64,000 bases of DNA from a virus (taxonomy: Duplodnaviria > Caudoviricetes): positions 96,001-160,000 of IMG/VR virus record IMGVR_UViG_3300050821_001527; one strand, written 5' to 3'. Both the position numbers and the translations under genes were made by a program. This document shows positions 33,466 to 42,161 of this stretch, in pieces (positions within the stretch are counted from its first letter, which is position 1; every line of letters begins with the position of its first letter). The notes under the pieces are model-generated. The model was not told the origin of the DNA. It saw only the letters and a program-made list of their open reading frames with translations, and made no database searches.

Positions 33466-33678
33466 ATGACCACTAACGAAAAAATACTAGCGACACTCGG
33501 CGAGATGCCAGCGGGCGCGAAAATCATGTATTTCGCATTTGACGGCGACACGGGAGAGCTTTTGTCTGCTGTATATTTCAACAAGACGTATTTCCTGAAT
33601 GGACGAGAGGACGTGGCCGAAAAAGCTGCCGAACGCTTGGGTTCGGAAGTCTGCTCCAAGATGCCAGAAGCTCCATAA
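33466..33678 (+). CDS. Hypothetical protein
   Basis: ATG right after tRNA-Ser. Confidence 0.6.
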   Translation: MTTNEKILATLGEMPAGAKIMYFAFDGDTGELLSAVYFNKTYFLNGREDVAEKAAERLGSEVCSKMPEAP

Positions 33679-33718
33679 ATTTCTTGACTTCCCATGAAAA
33701 TTTTCATAGGATAATGGG

Positions 33719-34432
33719 GTGTTAATCAAGACTTACAAGGCCAGCGATGAAGTAAAAATCGTTACGATAAACGTGACGAAATTTCCACTGGTCATAATCA
33801 CAGACAGCCATACGAACGTAGCCAACGTCCGTCAACTCAAGGAGTTGTATCCAGACAGTCCGTTCGTTAGTCTCGGAGACATTACTTTTCTCTTTGCCAA
33901 ACCGGGCGAAAAATACAACGCAAGGTCTGTCCAGTATTTCATTGACAACAAAATCCCCTGCCTCAAGGGAAACCATGAAGAACACCTTGTCTCCTGCGCG
34001 GCCTCTGATAACGGGGACAGTCTGGTGATTTTCAAGGCCATCCCGCGATTCGACGAGCATTCCAGCCTGTATGACAAATACGACCTGTCGCAGCAGCATA
34101 CGGATTATCTCAAGGGTCTGCCAATGGGCTTCAAGCTGGTTTTGCCGAATAAGGACGAGTATCTTTGCTTCCATAACCGTCCGTCCGATTTGTGGAGTTT
34201 CACAGAGGAAGCCTTTACACAAGAAGCCTTTGAAAAGACCTACCCGCTTTCGGAGCGAACCAAGTCGGTTATCATTGGCCACAATCATCGCCATTTTGTC
34301 AAGCAATATCCTTCCGGCAAGAGCCTGACGTGTATCGGCAGGTTGAGCGTTGACGGCGATTATGCGCTCTTGACCGAGCGAGGGATTGAGCAAAAAAGGC
34401 TCCCGAAGTCCTTGACTTACTTAGAAAAGTAA
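33719..34432 (+). CDS. Calcineurin-like metallophosphoesterase
   Basis: DSH, GD, GNHE, FH, GHNH motifs. Confidence 0.85.
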   Translation: MLIKTYKASDEVKIVTINVTKFPLVIITDSHTNVANVRQLKELYPDSPFVSLGDITFLFAKPGEKYNARSVQYFIDNKIPCLKGNHEEHLVSCAASDNGDSLVIFKAIPRFDEHSSLYDKYDLSQQHTDYLKGLPMGFKLVLPNKDEYLCFHNRPSDLWSFTEEAFTQEAFEKTYPLSERTKSVIIGHNHRHFVKQYPSGKSLTCIGRLSVDGDYALLTERGIEQKRLPKSLTYLEK

Positions 34433-34448
34433 CGTAGTATCATTTTAC

Positions 34449-34526
34449 GCATCAGTATTGGCACTCTTTCCTAAAGAGGACGCGCATAATTGGACGATGT
34501 GGGTTCGACTCCCTCCTGATGCACCA
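34449..34526 (+). tRNA. D-armless tRNA-Arg(CCT)-like RNA
   Basis: GCATCAG/CTGATGC-ACCA, CTCT-TTCCTAA-AGAG, 8-nt D replacement, 20-nt V. Confidence 0.6.
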
Positions 34527-34532
34527 ATCTAC

Positions 34533-35006
34533 ATGAAAGAAACCATTTGCCCATCTTGCGAGAACGAGATAGACCCCGAGGTTTGTCATTGCGGAGACGC
34601 AATCAAGAATCACTCGTTTCTCAACAGTAACCACGGCCCAATCCCTATGGGATGCACCTGTGGATACGCAGAACCGCCGCCGAAGCCGCTCAAGATGTAT
34701 ATTTTGGTCAAGGCGTCCCTGCCGTCTCACAAGATGATTGTGGTCGCCCACGGGGTTCTAATGGCTCACAAAGCCTTCTCTCACCTGATGTTCGAGAACA
34801 CGAAGACCTACCACGAATGGTTGGAAAAATCCTTCCGCAAGGTGGTCTGCGAAGTGAGCGATGGAGATTTTGAAAGGTTCAAGCAGTTCGATGACAAGGT
34901 GATTGTCACCGAATCCGGCTTGGATAACATGGAAGTCGGGATGGTGTTTTGCCCCCGACAGGAATGGCCGAAAGCCTTCAAGTTCCTCTCCATGAGCAAA
35001 TACTGA
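34533..35006 (+). CDS. Peptidyl-tRNA hydrolase 2-like protein with N-terminal Cys/His finger
   Basis: KMYILVK, VAH, W....RKVVC, terminal P..F..L pattern of Pth2. Confidence 0.7.
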   Translation: MKETICPSCENEIDPEVCHCGDAIKNHSFLNSNHGPIPMGCTCGYAEPPPKPLKMYILVKASLPSHKMIVVAHGVLMAHKAFSHLMFENTKTYHEWLEKSFRKVVCEVSDGDFERFKQFDDKVIVTESGLDNMEVGMVFCPRQEWPKAFKFLSMSKY

Positions 35007-35078
35007 TTTACGATAGCCGTCACACGCCCGCTGGCGGTCAATCCAGATTGCGGGCTTTAGAGTTCTCTGGAATTGTAT

Positions 35079-35153
35079 GCCTTGTTCGTCTAAAAGTAAA
35101 GACACGTCATTGGTAATGATGAAACGACGGAGCGTTACCGTCACTCGGCTCCA
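35079..35153 (+). tRNA. tRNA-Thr(GGT)
   Basis: Loop TTGGTAA, U73. Confidence 0.85.
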
Positions 35154-35157
35154 TTTT

Positions 35158-35603
35158 ATGAAACTCTTATCCCAAGAGGAAGCGGACGAGCAGAAAGCCC
35201 AAGAAAACTTTGAGAACCAAATCAGAGATACTTGCAGGGCGTTCTGTCGCGGTTTGCTAGACCGTCAGAAGCTCGCTGGTTATCACGGCTGGAATTTGAG
35301 CAACACAACACTCGAAACCGCTTACAGTATCGGCTGGAACTATGATTTCTCCAAGCCGTTATGAAAAAACTTTGCCCGAAATGCAAGGTCGAACTGGAAT
35401 TAGTTCCGGCCTGCCCGACTGGTTGGAGCGACGAGCATCTAGCCTGTCCGAAATGCGACGGGACATTCAATCTCGGTGATGGGACGTATATGCTCATGCC
35501 CGATGACGAGTGGGAATGGCTTAAAAAAGTGAGGGCGCAATGGAAAGCTTCCGCCGAATTTGGTTGGAAGGGCACCTACGACGATGTTGATTACATCCGT
35601 TAA
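35158..35603 (+). other. Two small hypothetical CDS (35158-35364; 35361-35603, the second Cys-rich)
   Basis: ATGA-coupled ORFs. Confidence 0.55.
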
Positions 35604-35643
35604 AAGACTTGACAATCCCTGAAAATACCCCTAATATCAGAAG

Positions 35644-36183
35644 ATGACAGGAATCCTTAGTAAAACTAAAGTCTATACCATCGGAGCGATGCAGTATGAG
35701 AATGGCGAAGGTTGGCGCAACAGGGTGAAGGAAGTCCTTTACCCAATGGGAGTCACGGTTTTCGACCCCTATCACAAGCCGTTCATCAACGAAGTCAAAG
35801 AGGACGAGGAAGCCCGCTCCTGCCTTAAAGAGTGGATGGAGAACGGCGAGTTCGACAAGGTGGCCGGAAGGATGAAGGCCGTTCGTCGTGATGATTTACG
35901 CTTGGTTGACTTGAGCGATTTTTTCATCGTTTACATCAACCCGACGATTGCCTCTTGGGGCAGCGCCGAGGAACTGTATTGGGCGAACCGCTTGAAGAAA
36001 CCCATCTTCATTTGCATCGAAGGCGGAAAGAAAAAGACGCCTTACTGGTTGATGGGCACAGTCCCGCACAAGTATATCTATGATGACTTGGAAGATATTT
36101 TGACAGTCCTCACCAAAATCAACGACGGTGAGAAGGTCATTGATAATGACAGATGGCGTTTGCTCAAGCCGGAATACCGATAA
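35644..36183 (+). CDS. Nucleoside 2-deoxyribosyltransferase-like protein
   Basis: VYTIGAM, WR, FDPY, DL..VD.SD, GSAEEL. Confidence 0.75.
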   Translation: MTGILSKTKVYTIGAMQYENGEGWRNRVKEVLYPMGVTVFDPYHKPFINEVKEDEEARSCLKEWMENGEFDKVAGRMKAVRRDDLRLVDLSDFFIVYINPTIASWGSAEELYWANRLKKPIFICIEGGKKKTPYWLMGTVPHKYIYDDLEDILTVLTKINDGEKVIDNDRWRLLKPEYR

Positions 36184-36186
36184 TTT

Positions 36187-36468
36187 ATGCCATACATTGA
36201 GAAGAAAGACCGAGAAAAACTCGATTCCGAAATCGAGGACGTTATTGACGCTCTCACCAACCACGGGTTTAAAACCGCAGTCGTGGGGGACGTGAACTAC
36301 GTTTTCTCCAAAATCATCTGGACGTTGTTCCAGAAAAACCGCAGCTACACGAACGGTAACAACCTAGTCGGGGTGCTGGAATGTGTGAAGCAAGAGTTTA
36401 TCCGCCGTCAGCTTAATCCCTACGAGAACGAGAAGATTGCTCAAAACGGGGACATTTGTGAAGCTTAA
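36187..36468 (+). CDS. Conserved phage protein (MPYI...R; GDVNY; PYE..K...NGD)
   Basis: Recurrent motif family usually next to NDT-like genes. Confidence 0.7.
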   Translation: MPYIEKKDREKLDSEIEDVIDALTNHGFKTAVVGDVNYVFSKIIWTLFQKNRSYTNGNNLVGVLECVKQEFIRRQLNPYENEKIAQNGDICEA

Positions 36469-36623
36469 ATGCGACAGATGTAAAAAACCCATTAAGCACC
36501 CCGGCGCGTTGGTTTTCAGTCCACCAAAGGGAAAAAACTGTCAGAAGTTCCACATTTGCGAATATTGCTGGTTTGAATTGAATCTTTGGGTTCAAGGAAT
36601 CCAATACCGCAGGATAATTTAAC

Positions 36624-36695
36624 GCCTTTGCCTTCAGCAAGGCCACCGCTTTCGTAAAGCGGCGGAAGTCGGGGCAGCACCGACCATTGGCTCCA
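36624..36695 (+). tRNA. tRNA-Thr(CGT)
   Basis: Loop TTCGTAA, CAGC D tetraloop, U73. Confidence 0.85.
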
Positions 36696-36698
36696 TTT

Positions 36699-36899
36699 AT
36701 GTTCTGGTTCACCAAAAAGACAATATGCCCAAGCTGCATCAAGGATAAAACCGTGCCAGCCGACGCCCGACTGCAACTCTGCAAGTCCTGCGCGAAAGAC
36801 TCCGAGTATTTCGTATTCCGCCTGCCGGGAGACAAGTATATCGTCATCGTGGCTCTCAAGGCAAGGAAGCAAGCCTTTACCGTCAAGAAGGTGAATTAA
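36699..36899 (+). CDS. Small Zn-finger hypothetical protein
   Basis: CPSC, CKSC. Confidence 0.55.
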   Translation: MFWFTKKTICPSCIKDKTVPADARLQLCKSCAKDSEYFVFRLPGDKYIVIVALKARKQAFTVKKVN

Positions 36900-37024
36900 A
36901 ATTCAATTTATACCCGTTCCGAATGAGAGAGACGAGAATTCCGTCTCATGGCAGAAAGGTCGCCCCTTACGAGTCATAATCTTGGCAGCGGACAGAGATG
37001 GTGCGATGCCCGTCTCCGGGGTTT

Positions 37025-37115
37025 GGATAGTCAACCAGTCAGGGCTACTGGAACCGTCTCGAAAGCGGATTGTCCCCGATGAGGGGATGGGTTTCGATTA
37101 CTCGGCTATCCGCCA
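37025..37115 (+). tRNA. tRNA-Ser(CGA)
   Basis: Loop CTCGAAA, long V, G73. Confidence 0.85.
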
Positions 37116-37261
37116 TTTATGCACCCGGAAATTCGTTGCGACAAGTGCAAGCATTGGACATTAACCAAGCCAGAGGTCAAACACGGCTGGTGCAACGTGT
37201 TCCAATACCAAACTGAAGCCGGTGCGGGAGTCAGGTTGAGCAGCCCGAGAAAATTCATCCC

Positions 37262-37582
37262 ATGTCCGTCATTCCAGAAACTAAAGTCGTAAATATCCGT
37301 TTCGAGCCTTACGACGTTTACGTTGGCCGCGCCGGGATGGGACTGTCAGGAGAGTTTGGGAACTCGCATCCCGTGGACAAATATTGCTGGCTCTGTAAAA
37401 AGGTGCATAACCGAAAAGAGTCCATCGAGGCTTTCCGAAAAGATTTTCAGAAACAAATCCAAGACCCGGTATTTCGAGCGCGAGTATTGACGCTGAAAGG
37501 GAAAAAGCTTGGTTGTTTCTGCCACCCGGCCCCGTGTCACGCAGGCGTTTACAAAGAGTGGCTTGATAATTTGGTAGAGTAA
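37262..37582 (+). CDS. DUF4326-family protein
   Basis: YDVYVGR, FGN, L.GKKLGCFCHP.PCH. Confidence 0.85.
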   Translation: MSVIPETKVVNIRFEPYDVYVGRAGMGLSGEFGNSHPVDKYCWLCKKVHNRKESIEAFRKDFQKQIQDPVFRARVLTLKGKKLGCFCHPAPCHAGVYKEWLDNLVE

Positions 37583-37666
37583 ATAATCCGGCGATTATCA
37601 CCGCCTTGAAAGCGGCTGGAACGTGCTAATACCACGTTTGGGGGTCGGCACCTCACTTTACCGCCA
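37573..37666 (+). tRNA. tRNA-Ser(TGA)
   Basis: Loop CTTGAAA, long V, G73. Confidence 0.85.
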
Positions 37667-37731
37667 ATTTGGATTACGTCCGATATATGTTACATAATGT
37701 CGCTTAACGACTCATATATAAGACGTTATCT

Positions 37732-37825
37732 GGAACAGACAAGCCGTGGAGAACGGTCTGTGATTGGAAATCACAAGGCTCGCGCTTATACCGCGAGTTC
37801 GGAGCGTAACCGAGTTGTTCCGCCA
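37732..37825 (+). tRNA. tRNA-Ser(GGA)
   Basis: Loop TTGGAAA, long V, G73. Confidence 0.85.
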
Positions 37826-37830
37826 TTTTA

Positions 37831-37864
37831 GCCCTTACCCCTTGACCGGGGTAGGGGCTTTTTT
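37831..37864 (+). terminator. Intrinsic terminator closing the tRNA array
   Basis: GCCCTTACCCC/GGGGTAGGGGC stem then T-run. Confidence 0.85.
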
Positions 37865-37907
37865 ATTGCCTTGACACCAACAGAAAACGCGGCTATTATT
37901 GATAATA

Positions 37908-38435
37908 ATGAGCCACGAAAGACGTTCAGTATTGCAGGACTGGGTGATGGAATTGCCGTTCATGCAGCAGTCGGTATTGATTGCCGCCATGCGCGGAGCC
38001 GACGGCGTGAACAAGATGCACCCTTCAAAGTATTTGGGCCGCTGGCTTCGACGCTGCATTGTTATTTCAGCTTTTGACCGCAAAGCCTTGGATGACCCTT
38101 ACTATCCCGGTGGAGGCTCCTATACCGGCCCTAGCGTGACTGGTGACGAACTGGGTGCCTCTACGGATTGGGAAAAGCCCATGAATAAAAAGGTCAAGGC
38201 TTACATGGACAGCATGGATGAAATTCCGCTCCATTATCACTTGCACCTGCTTCACGCGGTTGAAATTTTGGGATACAAGCATTCCAACGAGCGAGTCAGG
38301 GCTTGGTGGTTACAGACTTACAAGGCTCTCGCGCACGACATGCACTTGGCGGTGGAAACCGAAGAACAACTCAATGCCCGCCTGAACGATAACGAGTCCG
38401 ACTGGCGCAAGGACGAAACCAGATTTAAGAAATGA
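37908..38435 (+). CDS. Conserved phage hypothetical protein
   Basis: QQSVL..A.RG.DG, P.HY..HL.HA..ILGY. Confidence 0.7.
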   Translation: MSHERRSVLQDWVMELPFMQQSVLIAAMRGADGVNKMHPSKYLGRWLRRCIVISAFDRKALDDPYYPGGGSYTGPSVTGDELGASTDWEKPMNKKVKAYMDSMDEIPLHYHLHLLHAVEILGYKHSNERVRAWWLQTYKALAHDMHLAVETEEQLNARLNDNESDWRKDETRFKK

Positions 38436-38861
38436 ACCTCCCACACAAAACCGCCCTGCACGAAATTTCGCTTAACCTTTCTACCCCCAATATGGGAGAG
38501 CGCGAGAAGTCGTGGCGCAAATTCGCCGCAGGCATGGAGAATTTTATCATGGGACTCCGCAAGCCCTGCGAATACGCGGTTCCATGCAAGTTTTGCGATA
38601 CGTGTAAAACCAATAGCGAGATTGAATCATTTCTGGCCAAGTAAAATGCACCTATGGGAAATATATTGGTTGTGTGCCGCGCTCCTGACTTGGATGTTTG
38701 AGTTAAGGGCTTACCTTGCTGGTGAATACGGCCAGCAGAGGGATATGTTCAATATTGACTACGAGAAGGTAGGGATAATGGGTGTGTGCCTGTTCTTCTT
38801 TTGCTTGGTGTTTTGGTGGACTTTTTGGTTGGCGATGATTTTCGGTAGGATTAAGCGATGA
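38432..38861 (+). other. Two small CDS (38432-38644; 38646-38861 membrane)
   Basis: Coupled ORFs. Confidence 0.55.
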
Positions 38862-39676
38862 AAACGAAATGGATAATTGAAAACTTCACGGATTCCGAAG
38901 ACTACCGCGAGCTTATTCAGGCGGTGAAAGATTCGGGACGCTCCTGCTTTGTCATTGATAAAAACAATCATTTTGACTTTGACCCGTCCGGGTTCGCAGA
39001 GAACGACAGGGTTATTGTCCAAGGCTCTATCCAGATGACAAAGAACATCGGAAGTCGTCTGCCCAAAGGTTGTTTTCCTGTCGCTTTTTCTTCGTGGGAG
39101 AACTATCTATGCACGTCCTATTACCCGCATTTCCGCAGATTTTTGTTCAACGATAATCATGCGGTTACGACTGTAGCCAATCTGAAAGAGGACAAGTTCT
39201 ACTTTTACAAGACATTCGGCAAGGACGCCCTTATCTTTATTCGTCCCGACAGCGGGGAAAAAAGCTTTTCTGGCCAGCTTCTCGACCTGCAAGATTTTGA
39301 TAGGTTTTGGAAGGGCGCGGTTCATGGCGGCGGAAACTGTGCCGACAATGACACTATTTTCGTTTCAACCCCCAAGAATATCAACGGGGAATGGAGATTC
39401 GTGTGCGCTCCGGGTGAGATTATCGCTTACTCGACTTATCAATACCAAGGCCAACGCACTCTTATTCCTTCCGCTCCAACCGGGGCCATTGATAAGTGCA
39501 AGGAAATTTTGGCCGTGGGCTACTATCCCGACCCGATTTTTTGCGTGGATATTTGCGAGGACGCGGACGGTAATTTCTGGCTGCTTGAACTTACGTCGTT
39601 CTCGTCTGCCGGACTATATGCTTCCGACAAAAGAAAAATTGTCGCTAAGGTCAATGAAATCGTAGAATCATTATGA
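38858..39676 (+). CDS. ATP-grasp protein (R2K/DUF4343-like)
   Basis: FIRPDSG.K.F.G, EWRF, CVDI, LLE..SFS.AGLY. Confidence 0.8.
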   Translation: MKTKWIIENFTDSEDYRELIQAVKDSGRSCFVIDKNNHFDFDPSGFAENDRVIVQGSIQMTKNIGSRLPKGCFPVAFSSWENYLCTSYYPHFRRFLFNDNHAVTTVANLKEDKFYFYKTFGKDALIFIRPDSGEKSFSGQLLDLQDFDRFWKGAVHGGGNCADNDTIFVSTPKNINGEWRFVCAPGEIIAYSTYQYQGQRTLIPSAPTGAIDKCKEILAVGYYPDPIFCVDICEDADGNFWLLELTSFSSAGLYASDKRKIVAKVNEIVESL

Positions 39677-40110
39677 GCCGTGATATACGCTGCCGAGTAT
39701 GGCACCCCGAGCATGACAGGATGATTTACTTTCATCCCCTCTATATGATTTTTGAGGGAGAGAGGCACATACTTACTGCCGACGCGGTTAAAGACCTACC
39801 ACACACTTTCATGGCCGAAGATGCCCCGGTGATGCTCTCTACTGGTCTGAAAGACAAGAACGACAAGGAAGTTTTCGCCGGGGATATTGTCGTGCTGGAC
39901 GAGGAATACGAAGGTAGGGAAGCCTGCTCTCCGACCATCCCCGGAAAGAGTCAGGCGATGGAAGTCTATTACGACGAAGAATTTTCGATGTTCAAGCTTC
40001 GTCGCGGGGCCGAAAGGAACTATCTGCCGATTTCTTGGCGCAGTAAATACGTCGTTGAAGTTATCGGCAATGTTTACGAGAACCCCAAGCTTTTGAAGGA
40101 GACTAAATAA
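39673..40110 (+). CDS. YopX-family protein
   Basis: TGLKDKN.KEVF.GDIV, EVIGNVYENP.LL. Confidence 0.85.
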   Translation: MSRDIRCRVWHPEHDRMIYFHPLYMIFEGERHILTADAVKDLPHTFMAEDAPVMLSTGLKDKNDKEVFAGDIVVLDEEYEGREACSPTIPGKSQAMEVYYDEEFSMFKLRRGAERNYLPISWRSKYVVEVIGNVYENPKLLKETK

Positions 40111-40394
40111 TGTTCGATATATTGAAATTTTTTAAGCCGAAGGTAGGACAAAAGACTTCCTACAATCCAAGTAGCCGCCGCGCCTTTTTCAGAAAACTGG
40201 GCGGGGCCGCAATCGTTGCAACGGTGGCTCCGAAGTTGATTGCCACGCAGAAAATCACCCCTGAGAATTACGAGTCAACGTTTAAGGCCAATTCCCGTCC
40301 CGCCTTGGATGGCATTTATTGCTCAGGCGTATCATCGGGGGTATCTGGCCGATACTATATTACGGGCATGGGCGGCTTTCCGTTTTCGGGATAA
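40110..40394 (+). CDS. Small protein with twin-arginine-like signal
   Basis: SRRAFFRKLGGAAIVA. Confidence 0.55.
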   Translation: MFDILKFFKPKVGQKTSYNPSSRRAFFRKLGGAAIVATVAPKLIATQKITPENYESTFKANSRPALDGIYCSGVSSGVSGRYYITGMGGFPFSG

Positions 40395-40397
40395 TCT

Positions 40398-41260
40398 ATG
40401 CAAGACTGGATTTTCAAAGTCGGCAACTCCATCAATCGAATCGCCACTCACGATTCCAGTGACGGCGGGACGTGGAACGACGGCACCATATTGACGGAAT
40501 ATGGCATGGTAGATTGTATGGCCCAAGGTTCAAGCAATTTTACGCCGCACAGCCGATTTGATTTCGTCCACAAGGGTAAATGCTACAGCCGTTCTTACGA
40601 CAGGCGTTTTACCAAGCGTGGCCTGTCCATGATTGCAAAACGCTTTGCCAAGGAAATTTCGGAAACAAGATAACATGAAACTCACCAAAAAACTCATATC
40701 GCGCTGTGCCCCCATCATCAAATACAACGAAGCGGGGGAACGCCTGCTCGTCGGATACCGCCGCAAGTCCTCGGTGTCCAAAAAGGCCCGCGATACCTAC
40801 ATGCTTTCGATGCCGCAGGTTTTACCGCCAGTCATTGCACCGGACGGAAACCCGCTCTCGAAAATCGTAAGGGATTTGGTCGAGAAGGCCCAATCGGAAA
40901 TTGACAAGGAAAAACTGGAACAAGCCCTAAAGGAAGCCGAAGCCAATGAAAAAGCATCTTAACAAGATTATCGCCCTGTTCGCGGCGGGAGGGCTAGTGA
41001 TAGGTGGCTATCATTTCGGCTCTCAAAGCAAACCTCGCCCGCGCATAATGCTCTATTGGACGAATCCCATGTCGGCCAATACGAATGCGTTCGTCGAGAT
41101 ATGGGCGACCACCAACCTGCATAACTGGAACCTCAAGACTACCATCCCGTCCAGTCAAACCAATATCTACTTCCCGACCACGGAGATTGCGGAATTTTTC
41201 CGACTCAGAAATGCCTTGGTTTCTGGAAGTGTGACGCAGTATTCGGGCTGGAACCAATAA
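40398..41260 (+). other. Three hypothetical CDS (40398-40673; 40675-40962; 40946-41260 membrane-anchored)
   Basis: Contiguous same-strand ORFs. Confidence 0.55.
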
Positions 41261-41838
41261 TGAAAATCACCCCCAACAGTTTCTTCGACGGGGATTTCTA
41301 TAAGATAAATCTCAACGTTTATCTGTCGAACGGAGGCTTCAAGGATTGCCAGAAGCCCGAAGTCGCGCAAAGGCTGATAAACAAGTTGGGGCGTTTGACG
41401 TGGGGCGGATACGGGGAAAACCGCAAGGATATTTTTCAAAACAGTTATCTGGCCAAGACGGGGAACTTTTATCACTTGGGGGTTGACATTAACGTTCCAA
41501 AGGGAACGCCGGTTAAGGCTCCATTCGATTGCGAAGTCCTGCAAGCGTGGCCCGACCCCGATACCGACATTGGTTGGGGCGGAAGGGTCATCCTCAAGGC
41601 AAGCGATTGGCTACCGTTGCTTGTTCTCGGTCATTTGCACCCAAAGAAACTGCCCTTTTGCCGAGCCTACAAACAGGGAGAAGTTCTTGGGGAAGTCGGG
41701 ACATGGCCGCTCAACGGGAACACGTTTGAACATCTGCATGTCCAATGTATCAAGCATAATAAATTCGATAAATTTGACGGCTACGGAAGTCTTGCCCAGT
41801 TGAGGCACAACCCCGACCCGATGGAAGTAGATTTTTAG
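41260..41838 (+). CDS. M23-family peptidase-like protein
   Basis: HLGVDI...GTPV.AP, GH, G.VG..NG...HLH. Confidence 0.8.
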   Translation: MKITPNSFFDGDFYKINLNVYLSNGGFKDCQKPEVAQRLINKLGRLTWGGYGENRKDIFQNSYLAKTGNFYHLGVDINVPKGTPVKAPFDCEVLQAWPDPDTDIGWGGRVILKASDWLPLLVLGHLHPKKLPFCRAYKQGEVLGEVGTWPLNGNTFEHLHVQCIKHNKFDKFDGYGSLAQLRHNPDPMEVDF

Positions 41839-41840
41839 GC

Positions 41841-41869
41841 TTGACAACAACCGAATGATTTGATAGATT
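41841..41869 (+). promoter_or_regulatory. Sigma70-type promoter of rnpB
   Basis: TTGACA-17-TAGATT. Confidence 0.7.
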
Positions 41870-41871
41870 GA

Positions 41872-42140
41872 GGGTTCTGTTTTAAGAGCAAGTCCTACGC
41901 TGTGACGGGTGTAAGCCCCGGCATAGAGGACAAGTTCTCGGCTCTACAGCAGCCGTGGGAGGGAAAACCCGCTATTCACCACATGGTATGAGCAATCCTA
42001 AAGTCCCAAAGGCTAGTGCTGGCCGTAGTAAAGGGAAGGTTGGAGCAGCGACTATTAGCACGTCGCCACCGTAAGGTGAGAAAAATGTAGGACACCCGCA
42101 AGGGAACATAACCGAGGCCATTGCTCTTAAAACAGAATCT
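41872..42140 (+). ncRNA. rnpB: RNase P RNA, reduced (~269 nt)
   Basis: 19-bp P1, P2 GTCCTAC/GTAGGAC, GAGGACAAGTTCTCGG / AACATAACCGAGGC P4, P18 GTAA loop, J18/2 AGAAAAAT, P19 GCAA loop. Confidence 0.9.
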
Positions 42141-42161
42141 TTGGTAGCGAGTTGGTTTTTG

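Noticed and set aside
37230-37245. GTCAGG..GCAGCC SRP-RNA-like motif
   Set aside because: Lacks the GGAA helix 8 tip and long flanking helix; lies in a plausible 57-codon ORF (37119-37292)
20682-37825. Suppressor tRNAs or alternative genetic code
   Set aside because: No tRNA with a CTA, TTA or TCA anticodon was found, and long genes (nrdJ, thyA, rtcB) are intact in code 11
20751-37830. Recurring CCAATTT/CCATTT as a CRISPR-like repeat
   Set aside because: These are tRNA CCA ends plus U-rich trailers; no 25-40 nt identical repeats and no cas genes
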